Assembly: GCA_964016885.1 (NCBI GenBank)
Contig: OZ024750.1
Location: 24,924,001-24,988,000 of the forward strand
Source: Eledone cirrhosa
Lineage: Eukaryota
Direction: 5' to 3'
DNA length: 64,000 nucleotides
Shown: piece by piece, positions 51,656 to 62,390 of the stretch
How the letters are laid out: every line of letters begins with the position of its first letter
Numbering within the stretch: the stretch's first letter is position 1
Notes under the pieces: model-generated
The model's database searches: none
Seen by the model: the letters and a program-made list of their open reading frames with translations, nothing else
What the model was told of the DNA's origin: nothing
Position numbers and translations under genes: made by a program

Positions 51656-51905
51656 TGAAATAAATCTGAAGCAACTGTATTTGGTCTCTGATATATGTGT
51701 AGGTACCACGGCAAAAAAGCACCCAGCACTCACTGTAAACGAGGTTGGTGTTAGGAAGGGCATCCAGCTGTAGAAATCAAGCCAGAATCAGTTCCCGTAT
51801 GAGCTAGACAAGGTCAGCTGACTGGATACTGCCCACAACAGGACAACCCGTCTAACCCATGCTAGCTTGGAAGAATGGATGTAAAATGGTGATGATGATG
51901 ATGAT

Positions 51906-51957
<52 letters not shown>

Positions 51958-52437
51958 TCATTTTTACGTCCGCTTTTCCCGGCTTGCAAGGGTGGGACGA
52001 GATCTGATTCTGGCTTGATTTCTACAGCTGGATACCCTTCCTAACACCAACCTCATTTACAGTGAGTGCTGGGTGCTTTGTTGCCGTGGCACCTCCACGA
52101 CCACTTTGCAGTGGAATGATAGGGACCCCAGTCCCTATCATCTCATTTCTACAGCTGAGTAAACTGAAGCAATGTGAAATAAAGTGTCTTGCTCAAGGAA
52201 ACAACATCACCCGGTCTGAGAATTGAACTCACAACCTTTCGATTGCAAGGCCAATGCTCTAACCACTAAGCCATGTGCCTCCTTATGTACATACACCTTA
52301 CTTAAAAATACAGTACAGTATTGGTAGCTATCAGAGAAGCAACCTGAAAAAGTCTAACTCAACGAAACCATACCAACATGAAAAGTTAGACATAATGACA
52401 CTCACACAACTTGAATCCAAATATATTAACTACTTAC

Positions 52438-52547
52438 TTGCACTTGTGTTCGTTTAGCAATGTCCAAAATAAGTTCTACATTAGCGTAGTTATTATGATT
52501 GGTTCCTCCTTGAACTGGAACATACTGATCACCCATACGGATGTATT
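52438..52547 (-). CDS. ACC: ACC exon, BC domain ([36 protein letters not shown])
   Basis: NNYANVELI motif; AG/GT boundaries. Confidence 0.95.
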
Positions 52548-53244
52548 CTGAAATATAAAACAGACCATATATATTTCATTTCATTTCATTTAACGTCCAC
52601 TTTTTCCCTGCTTGCAAGGGTGGGACGGGAATTGATTCTGGCTTGATTTCTACAGCTGGATGCCCTTCCTAACACCAACCTCATTTACAGTGAGTGGTGG
52701 GTGCTTTTTTGCCATGGCACCTCCACGACCACTTTGCAGTGGAATGATAGGGACCCCAGTCCCTATCATCTCATTTCTACAGCTGAGTAAACTATATATA
52801 TAATGTTCATTCTGTCATTACAACAGCAGAGGTCCGACGAGCTTTTGATTTCAGAGTCGGGCCAGATTGATACAGATCGAACCTTGAGCTGATCAATAGC
52901 GAAATGCATGTCACCAATCAATAAACGTAATGAAGGCTTAACAAATCATCTTTGTATTATTATATTACACTCTGTTTAGCTCTACACTTCGCCACTGACG
53001 TGAACCTACAGTAACTTCACGTTACACTCCCTGGAGATATATATATATATATAACAACATATTGAGCACCCATATGGATATATTATGAAATATATAACCG
53101 ACCATATATATATATATCAACAATATCACAAACATCACAACTTTCACCCATAAACATGTGGACCTAAAATATATAAAAGATCACACATTTATCAATAATA
53201 TCACAAATATCACAACTTTTCATTTCTCCTCCCTTTGATGGTTC

Positions 53245-53930
53245 TTGTATCAAGTCTCTGTAAAAAAATCTTTGACCAGTCATTTGACCACTCTTTATTC
53301 CTGTACCACACGAAACCACATTAGCAAGGCATTCTTGAAAAGTATAAAACAGCACTATAACAGCCTCATATTAAAAACTGAAGTATCTACTGCAAACTTT
53401 CATGATAATCTGTCTATCAGTAAAGATACTATAAGCAGAAACACCAATAAAAACATAAAAGACACTATTGAAACCAGAGAGAGAAATGTGGGCAATTTAA
53501 GAATTAAGGAAGCCTTGCTTATACATCGACTCAACCCACAAATAAACAACAGACTAGAACTCAGCACACAATACTTGACTTAAAAAGACATTCCCACATG
53601 CAACTTAAATAACATCACACACAAAGAATTTGATTTCATGAAATATAACATCGGCAACTGACATTATCTACGAGTGTATCGTGAAAAAAAAAAAGTTTGA
53701 AAACGGGTCATAAAATTTAAACAAATTTAATTCCAAAGAGAAGAAACTGGAACAGTTTTCTCTGCGTTCCTTATACTCTGATGAAGGGAATTTTAAGTCT
53801 CGAAGTATAAGAAAAAAGAAACAGCAGCAACAAAAACATAGATTACCAGGTAACTAAATTTTTCGTTACCGTCATCTTAGCGTCCATTTTGCATTGTTTA
53901 GCCCTTATACAACTTTCCACATTATATAAT
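53245..53930 (+). mobile_element. Penelope-like element remnant (GIY-YIG endonuclease C-terminus plus 3' region)
   Basis: ORF end LRIKEALLIHRLNPQIN resembles PLE GIY-YIG tails; CTGATGA hammerhead-like motif downstream at 53778. Confidence 0.6.
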
Positions 53931-54469
53931 ATATTAAATACAATGCTTCAAGCAAACTACAACATTTTATCAAATTTTTAGATATTTTTTGCTAAATCAT
54001 TACAAGGTGTTAGAAATCAATTAACATGATAGATGTAGTCATAGCCAAATTGTAAAGAAATTCACTTCAAGATAACATGGCTTTAAGTTTGATCCCAGCA
54101 TTGAAAAGCAGCTGCAAAAATGATAATCATGATGATATAGTGACATATGATGAGAGTGAATGAGTCATGAATCGCTCACCTCCACAACACCCTGCCCTAC
54201 TCCAATCAAATTATTTCCAGTGACTTTCACATTTCTCTAAATTAATTCAGTTACTCTTTCAAACTATGAGCCAACAAAGGTGCCTCTATGTGGTTGCTCT
54301 AACTGCTAAAAATAGTGCCCCCCCCCCCCCCCCCCCCCCTCAAATTACACATTGCCATCTTAAAAAGGAAGAAAGTACACATTAGATACTCTAGTCCAGA
54401 GTATAGTCTTGCTTTGAAAAAGAAAACAGGGAGGATGGTCATGATTGGAATATCTCTGATCATAGAAGA

Positions 54470-54810
54470 CCCGACCCCCCACGGGTACAAGCCGAAGTTG
54501 AAGCATATAGACAATATGCCCCCACACCCTCCCACTGCAAAGTGGTCGTGGAGGTGCCACGGCAAAAGAGCACCCAGCCCACTCTGTAAAGTGGACGTGT
54601 AGGTGCCACAGAAAAAAAGCACCCAACACTCACTGTAAATGAGGCTGGTGTTAGGAAGGGCATCCAGCTGTAGAAATCAAGCCAGAATCAGTTCCTGTAT
54701 GAGCAAGACAAGGTCAACTGACCGGACACTTCCTACAACAGGACAAACCGTCTAACTCATGCTAGCGTGGAAGAACGGACGTAAAACAGTGATGATGATG
54801 ATGATGATGT
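54470..54810 (+). mobile_element. Non-autonomous repeat sharing the RTE 3' end; many copies, e.g. 5500-5770, 35260-35585, 35860-36140, 51700-51905, 52590-52790, 61090-61420
   Basis: Shared core ggtgttaggaagggcatccagctgtagaaa and terminal ...catgctagc.tggaa...ggacgt.aaa.gatgatgat. Confidence 0.75.
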
Positions 54811-54999
54811 CATCAATTATGACTGACATGGGAATAAACAATATCATCATCGTTTACCGTCCATCTTCCATGCTAGCATGGGTAGGACAGGTTCTCCCTT
54901 TGGGAGAGATCAGGTCAGGAGACCGTGATTCACTCACATAGAACTGATTTGGGCTTGGTTTCTATGGCTGGATGCTCTTCCTAATGCCAACCACATTTA

Positions 55000-55443
55000 C
55001 ACTGTGTGATGGGTGCTTTTTGCTGCGACTTCTACACAACCACTTTACAGTGTGGACTGGGTGCTTTTTGTTGTGACACCTATACAACCACTTTACAGTG
55101 TGGACTGGGTGCTTTTTGTCGTGACACCTATACAACCACTTTACAGTGTGGACTGGGTGCTTTTTGTCGTGACACCTACACAACCACTTTAGAGTGTGGA
55201 CTGGGTGCTTTTTGTCGTGACACCTATACAACCACTTTACAGTGTGGACTGGGTGCTTTTTGTCGTGACACCTATACAACCACTTTACAGTGTGGGCTGG
55301 GTGCTTTTTGTCATGACACCTATACAACCACTTTACAGTGTGGACTGGGTGCTTTTTGTCGTGACACCTATACAACCACTTTACAGTGTGGACTGGGTGC
55401 TTTTTGTCATGACACCTATACAACCACTTTACAGTGTGGGCTG
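55000..55443. repeat. 48-bp minisatellite inside a retroposon copy
   Basis: Unit gtgtggactgggtgctttttgtcgtgacacctatacaaccactttaca. Confidence 0.93.
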
Positions 55444-55526
55444 GTATTGAGGTAAAGAAAAAGAACCTTGAAATAAATAAATATATTTTAGCTGGAATTG
55501 AATAAACAAATAAATAAATATATTAC

Positions 55527-55665
55527 CAGCATTTGCTTTCAAATCCTCAGGAGTAACCATGACAACAAAACGAATGGCTCTTTCATTTCGGAACATCTCA
55601 TATGCCCACCGCCGTACAGAACGGATACATTTAACAGCTGCGATTCCATTGTTGGCTATTAAAAC
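55527..55665 (-). CDS. ACC: ACC exon, BC domain ([23 protein letters not shown]...DLKANA)
   Basis: Conserved BC start motif; AG/GT boundaries. Confidence 0.95.
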
Positions 55666-55899
55666 CTAAAAATAAATGTTTACAATTGATGTCTCGACTG
55701 TTAAAAGAGTTTAATAAAGATATCTTTAATTACAATGTCTTATTTTTTTTTGTATTTTAACTATTTTGTCTGGAGAAAAGAGCTTGGCCCATGGCCTTTA
55801 AAGGTCACTTTACACCATTTAGACTAATAAATGCAGTTACTATTCTAATTTAACTGCCACAACTGGAAATTGCATGAAAAGCATACGCAAGGAGGGAAT

Positions 55900-56730
55900 T
55901 CTATACAGACTGCCTTGTGAGAACGAATGTCTCAGTCTTCTCAACACTGATTTTCATTCCTACCTTGCAGCACTAGGCAGCAAACCTATCAACTGCATGC
56001 TGGAGATCACCTTCTGACGAGTTAAGTAATACCATGTCACCTGCAAATTCTAGCTGACTGCTCCTACACCCACCAGTCCTGATACCACCACTTCTAATCT
56101 GGCTGTGCATGTCAATGTTGTTCATAAATATTAGGAACAGGACAGGTGGCAGTACACACCTTTAGCAGAGTTCAACTCCCACATTGAATGGTTTTAAATT
56201 AGTATCATTTATTCGAACACAAATACTAGTGCCTTCGTATAGAGACATCAAGGCAACAAGAAGCTGTCCATTGAGCCCATACTCCTGCAGAACATTCCAC
56301 AGCAGGTCCTGTAAAATGCAGTCATATGCCTTTTCGGGGTGTATGAAACAAGTATACATCTCTTGGCAATACTCCCATGATTTCCTGAAGATTTACTGCA
56401 GTGTGAATATTTGGCCGGCTGTGCTTGGCTGAGGCGAAAACCACACCGTTTGTCAGCTAGCTTGGACTCGACAATCTCCCTACATCTCTTTGCCAGACAC
56501 TTAGCATAGACTTTATTGGTAAGGCTTAACAAGATCCCATTACAATTAGAACAATCTCTCTTGCTTCCTTTATGAACATTTTTTGAAAATTGGTATTATC
56601 ACTCCCGATTGCCATTGCTTAGGTGTCTTTCCAGAGATCCAGGCCACACAGCACACATGAGTCAGCCAAAGAATATCTTCTCTAGTAGAGACGAAATTTC
56701 ATCCTTGCCTGAGGCCTTGCCAAAATTGAG
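55900..56730 (-). mobile_element. Degenerate non-LTR (RTE-like) RT fragment
   Basis: Frameshifted RT motifs: KVYAKCL..R, GFR, EKAYD, LW.VL.EYG, F.VGV. Confidence 0.75.
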
Positions 56731-56803
56731 CTATTCAACTGCTCTGGTGACATGAACCTACAAAAATAAATAGACAGAATGGAATTTGTAAAACATTACT
56801 TAC

Positions 56804-56927
56804 TGTGTTGATAACTTTATTACCACCAAACTTCTTGACAAATTCTTCTGGTGTGGCAACTGTAAAATCTTTCGGGTAAGTTGATCTCTTACCTCGATGA
56901 TCCAGATTAACACCAGACATAGTATGC
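56804..56927 (-). CDS. ACC: ACC exon, N-terminal regulatory segment (HTMSG...DFTVATPEEFVKKFGGNKVINT)
   Basis: Resembles vertebrate RSSMSGLHL...DFTVASPAEFVTRFGG; cag acceptor and gtaagt donor. Confidence 0.93.
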
Positions 56928-56973
56928 CTGAAAGGAGAAGACAAAATTTAAATGAATCACGAAGGTAATGGAT

Positions 56974-57006
<33 letters not shown>

Positions 57007-58008
57007 ATAAGGATTATCATCAACACCACCACCATCATCATCATCATCATCATAATTATTATTATCTTTATTATAAAATAAAGTCACCATGGTAAATATT
57101 AAACTAATAAAAATGTGATAGTTTCATTATTATTATCATGAACTATAGAATCAAAAAAAGGGTAAACTTAAAATAACCTTTAAACTTCTATTTTCAACAT
57201 AGGAAATATATGTTATCTTACCCCACCCCACCACTACCCCACCTCAGTCTTCTCACTTTTACACACTGTGACAAAAACTATCAAACGTTTTTTTGTTTTT
57301 TTTTTAATTAAATAAAAAATGAAATCCTAGAAACCTCCATACAGGTTGCAAGGCATGGCTATGTAGTTAACGAATTTGTTTTGCAACCACATGGCTACAA
57401 GTTCAATCCCACTGCTCAGTACCTAGGGTTACTTTCTTCTCCTGTAGCCTCAGGTTGGTTAATATTTTGCAGGAGGAATTTGTGAGTTTTTATCTCCCAA
57501 ATTTATAATTTTGTAGGTTGAATCTGTATTCAAGCTAGATCCATCTCAATAAAAAGGGCAAACTTATGATATAGAAAAAGACTGAAATTTCTAAAGGAGT
57601 GGGAGTTTATGGATGTCTTAAGCAACTATCACCACAGGCTTTTTATAAATGGTGTTGAAATTAGATTTTATTTTCTCTTTTAAAAACATTGAAAATACTT
57701 CTAACAGGAAATAAAACACCCAACCGTAACTTGATCTAACACTGATGTCTTAAACACAGCCATGACCAGGTCTAACATTAATTAACCCTTTAGCATTTAC
57801 ATTACTCTATATTTACTATTATATTTTCACAGTAAAGGCTTTACCTCACATAATATCGAATCTATGAGATTTTGATAACAATACCATAACATCAGTATGA
57901 GTGGCCGGTTACAGAACAGAAAGAAATGAGAGAATTCTGGCCGGATACGGCCGGTTTAAATGCTAAAGTGTTAATTAATAAGTTAGAAGTGTTTTTTTGA
58001 AGATTATA

Positions 58009-59326
58009 CGAGGGGGGGATCAAAAAGTTCGCGGAATTTTATCGTAGTAAGAAAAAAATAGGTTAAAACAATATTAAACATGTCAGAACATTGTCACTGG
58101 GTGTTTAGCTTGCTATTAGTCACTTGCAGTCAGTTATGCGCGGACTATTGTACAGTACTGACGCTCTTTAAAAACCTGTTTTTGGAACAATGGAAAATAG
58201 TTATTTTGAGATAAGATCGAATATCAAGTTTCTGGTGAAACTCGAATGGAAAGGGACACAGATTATGGAGGCTTTAGTTAAAGTTTACGGTACTACTGCT
58301 CCAAAGAAAACTGCTGTCTACAAGTGAATTCAGCAATTCAAACAAGGGAGAGACGACCTTGAAGACGACCATCGCAGTGGAAGACTAGGAACATCAAAAA
58401 ATGACCAAAACGTTGAGGCTGCTCAGACTTTAATTGAAGAAGATTGAAGAATAACAGTTAATCAGTTAGCTAAGTCCCTAGACATTTCATATGGTTCGGC
58501 AAATTCAATTCTGCATGATAATTTGGGACTAAGCAAGCTTTCAGCGCGATGGGTCCCAAAAGCGTTGCGCCCTGATCAGCTGATTCTTCGAAGTGATCTG
58601 TCTTTGGCGATATTAAATAAAATTGAAGCTGATGAAGAGCATTTCCTGACCAGAATCATCACCGGAGATGAAACCTGGATCTACCAGTATGATCCTGAAT
58701 CCAAACAGCAGTCAAAACAGTGGCTTCCACGTGGATCATCGGGGCCAATCAAGTTCAAATCTCAAAAGTCGGATCAAAAAGTGATGACCACCATTTTCTG
58801 GGATTCAGATGAGGTGATACTAATAGATTATCTTGAAGGTCAAAGAACTGTGACAGGAGCTTACTATACAAATGTTTTAAGGAAGCTGAAAGAGGCATTA
58901 GTCAAGAAACGAAAAGGGAAACTTCATGGTGGAATCTTGCTTGACCATGACAATGCACCAGCGCATTCTGCGCGGGTTGCAAAAGAAGTTCTTCAAGAAT
59001 TTTGATGGGAAGTGCTTCATCACCCGCCTTATAGTCCAGATTTAGCCCCATCAGACTTTTTCCTCTTTCCAAAACTCAAAGAAATGCTAAAAGGAACCCG
59101 TTTTAGTGGTGTTGAAAAAGCTAAAAACACTGCCAACACATGGCTTCGAACAAGGCCTTCAACTTTCTTTAGAGACAGCTTACGAAGCTGGAAGCATCGC
59201 CTTGTGAAGTGTATTGACCTGGATGGCAACTATGTAGAAAAATAAATTGAAGGTAAATCATATTTTTTGAAAAATAGAATATTTTCTGAAAAATTCCGCA
59301 AACTTTTTGACCCCCCCCCCCCCTCG
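58009..59326 (+). mobile_element. Full-length mariner (DD34D) transposon with transposase pseudogene 58190-59245
   Basis: TIRs cgagggg..tcaaaaagttcgcggaattt / aaattccgcaaactttttga..ccctcg; TA duplication; WVPK, TGDETW, DNAPAH and YSPDLAPSDF motifs; 34 residues between D2 and D3; three in-frame TGA stops. Confidence 0.95.
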
Positions 59327-59846
59327 TATTAGTATTTCCCAAGTTAAAGCATCAGCTTTCCAGTTGTTGTTGCTATTTACTACCCACCTTTGGGCATCTT
59401 TAACAGAATCCACCCTATTGTAAGCAATTCAGACAATGACTCTAGGTTAGGGATACATTCCTATCTCTCTCTCTCTCACATGTCTCGGACACCCTGTAAA
59501 GAATCATGGGTACTGCCCTCCCTCATTAAACAGAAGAAAGAAAATAGTCAGCTATGATTGAACAGACCTATGATCAAAAGCATTCCAGCCATAACCATCT
59601 TGTCTTTTTTTCTTTCCACATTTAATATATCTAAGACTGCATTATCCAATGAATCCATTCTGGGTTTTGTTTTTGTTTTCTTTTAAGACATGAAAGTGTT
59701 ATATAAAGGAAATTTGGCAGCTATTTCTAGCAGGTCGAGTTGACCATACAGAAGCTTCCTTGGTGACTTGTCAACTTTGCAATAATATTTCACCTGAGAT
59801 ATGCATACATCATGAGAGCCAATTAAATAAATCAGACTTTACAAAC

Positions 59847-59917
59847 CTGACTGAGAACACTCCAGATAAGACTGATAACCAGGAATACATTAAAAACCCT
59901 GCGACCATTTCTAACAT
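59847..59917 (-). CDS. ACC: Candidate first coding exon of ACC, hydrophobic leader MLEMVAGFLMYSWLSVLSGVFSV(R)
   Basis: ATG at 59917, 23 codons plus AG, then donor gtttgt (also used at 40701 and 9482). Phase 2 matches the acceptor at 56927 and completes an AMPK motif VRHTMSGVNL. Confidence 0.5.
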
Positions 59918-60431
59918 ATTGCTCAAGGTACACGGTAATCTTATCAACCCAGCTTTCTAACTTATCACAACAATTTTTGTGTTACCATAGTTTGGACAAA
60001 TCTGCAAATTTTCAATATATATTTCTTCTTGTACTGTGTTGTTTACTTTGTTGTTTCCATTTACTTGCTGCATACATATAAACACACACACACATATTAT
60101 ATATATAATATAATATTTATATATTCAGGCAGGAGGAGTTGATACTACTATGTAAGGTAAGCATTGATTATTCTATAAAAATTATTTATTTAATCATTTA
60201 CTTTTATATTTCTATTACACACTTCAATAATTATTTCTTATATAGGCACAAGGCAATCAATTTTGGGTGAGGGGAAAGTCTATTAAACCAACCCTAGTGC
60301 ACGACTGGTACTTTATTTTATCGACCCCGTAAGGATGAAAGGCAAAGTTAACCTCGGCAGGATTTGAACTCAGATCATAAAGGGCCGTAACTCTATACTG
60401 CAAAGCATGACGTCCGACCCTCTACCGATCC

Positions 60432-61010
60432 ACACACTTCAATAATACTTTCATAGTTTAGTCACAAGTCCAGTCACACTACATCAATAATACTTCCATA
60501 TTTTAGTCACAAGTAAGTCCAGTCACACCACTTCAATACTTCCATATTTTAGTCACAAGCCCAGTCACACCACTTCAGTAATACATCCATATTTTAGTCA
60601 CAAGTCCAGTCACACCACATCAATAATACTTCCATATTTTAGTCACAAGTCCAGTCACACCACTTCAATAATACTTCCATATTTTAGTCACAAGTCCAGT
60701 CACACCACTTCAATACTTCCATAGTTTAGTCATAAGTCCAGTCACACCACTTCAATAATACTTCCATATTTTAGGCACAAGTCCAGTCACACCACTTTAA
60801 TAATACTTCCATATTTTAGTCACAAGTCCAGTCACACCACTTCAATACTTCCATATTTTAGTCACAAGTCCAGTCACACCACTTCAATAATACTTTCATA
60901 TTTTAGGCACAAGTCCAGTCACACACCACTTCAATAATACTTTCATATTTTAGGCACAAGTCCAGTCACACCACTTTAATAATACTTCCATAGTTTAGTC
61001 ATAAGTTCAG
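60432..61010. repeat. Approx. 42-47-bp minisatellite
   Basis: Recurrent cacttcaataatacttccatattttagtcacaagtccagtcacac. Confidence 0.92.
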
Positions 61011-62200
61011 TAATATTTCTTTCTCATTACTTCAATAATGATTTCTACTCTTGTCACAAGGCCAGTAATATTTCTATAGCATAATTTTATATCATCATCA
61101 CTGTTTAATGTCAATTTTCCATGCAGGCATGGGTTAGATAAGTTGTCCCATTGTGAGACAAGTCAGATCAGGTGACCATGTCTTGCTCATACAGAACTGT
61201 TTCTGGCATGGTTTCTATGGTTGGATGCCCTTCCTCGCACCGGCCACATTTACAAAGTGGGCTGGGTGCTTTTTATCATGGCACTAAAACAACCACTTTA
61301 CAGCATGGATTGGGGCCTTTTTATGATGACACCAAGCCAATCACTTTACAGAGTGCACAGGATGCTTTTTGTCATGGCACCAATACAACCACTTTACAGT
61401 GTGGACTGGGAACTTTATTTCAAACTTTCATAGTACTTCAATAATGATTTTACTTTAATGACAAAGTCAACAATATTGGAGGAGGGGCGAGTCCATTGAA
61501 TCAACCCCAGTACTTGACTGTTATTTTATTTTATCGACTTCAGAAAAATAGAAGACAAGGCTGAGATTGTTAAGATTTAAACTCAGGATATAGAGTTGTA
61601 ACCAAATTGTACAAAGCATTTTATTCTACTGATTCAGCCATTTTGGAATACTATACTAAAATAACAATAGTATAAAGTTGTTTTGAAAGAGATGGAATCA
61701 CTGTTTAAGTCCAGTTATTCAAATAAGCAACATTCCATTTGAAAAATGGTATCACTGTTTAAATTCATTATTATTCAAATAGGCAACATTCCATTTGAAA
61801 AATGGTATCACTGTTTAAATTCATTATTATTCAAATAGGCAACATTCCATTTGAAAAAGAATGTATAACTGCACAAGTCCAGTGTTATTCAAAAAAGCAA
61901 AATTACATTTGCTTTTAAATGCATTATTTATCTGACAATTGTGAGATTTAAATAAATTATAAAATATAATGTTGAATCTAATTTATCAACTACACAGTAT
62001 TTTGTAACTATCATAATCATCCTTGTTTTTACATGCTTTTTTTTTTCACGCTTGCATGGGTTGGACAGGTCCTTTGTGGTACAGCATTTCGTCACATACC
62101 GCATTCCTTCATTACATCCTCTGAGTTTACAGTATTTATAACTATATGGTGTCAATTACAGTACAGTATTTTGTACTTATATGGTATCAATATTGTGATT

Positions 62201-62390
62201 GTGAAGGCGTGTGGCCGAGTGGTTAGAGAATTGGATTCACAATCGCGAGATTGTGAGTTCGATTCCTGGACCGGGTAATGCGTTATGTCCTTGAGCAAGA
62301 CACTTTATTTCACGTTGCTCCTTCTACCTGGAGTTGCGACCGATAGAGAGTATCAGCAAGTGGAAAGACCAATGGAAACATTGTTTTCTC
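62201..62390 (+). mobile_element. tRNA-derived SINE (related copies near 24508-24725 +, 29765-30020 -, 49520-49838 -, 52140-52282 -)
   Basis: Pol III A box TGGCCGAGTGG and B box GTTCGATTCC followed by shared body ccttgagcaagacactttatttcac. Confidence 0.82.

Larger units (their letters stand above)
1565..56927 (-). other. ACC: Acetyl-CoA carboxylase gene span (partial; 42 traced coding exons, 3' end lies left of the window)
   Basis: Spliced translation gives ACC motifs in the expected order ([80 protein letters not shown]). All junctions are GT-AG and phase-compatible. Confidence 0.97.

Noticed and set aside
1565-56927. Non-canonical or U12-type introns in ACC
   Set aside because: All traced introns are GT-AG and none has the GTATCC U12 donor.
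60129-60156. Plus-strand exon-like segment (cag...AAG|gtaagc) suggesting an antisense gene
   Set aside because: Isolated, with no partner exons or recognisable coding signal.
62201-62275. tRNA gene
   Set aside because: A and B boxes are present but run into a repeated SINE body and lack a proper acceptor stem.
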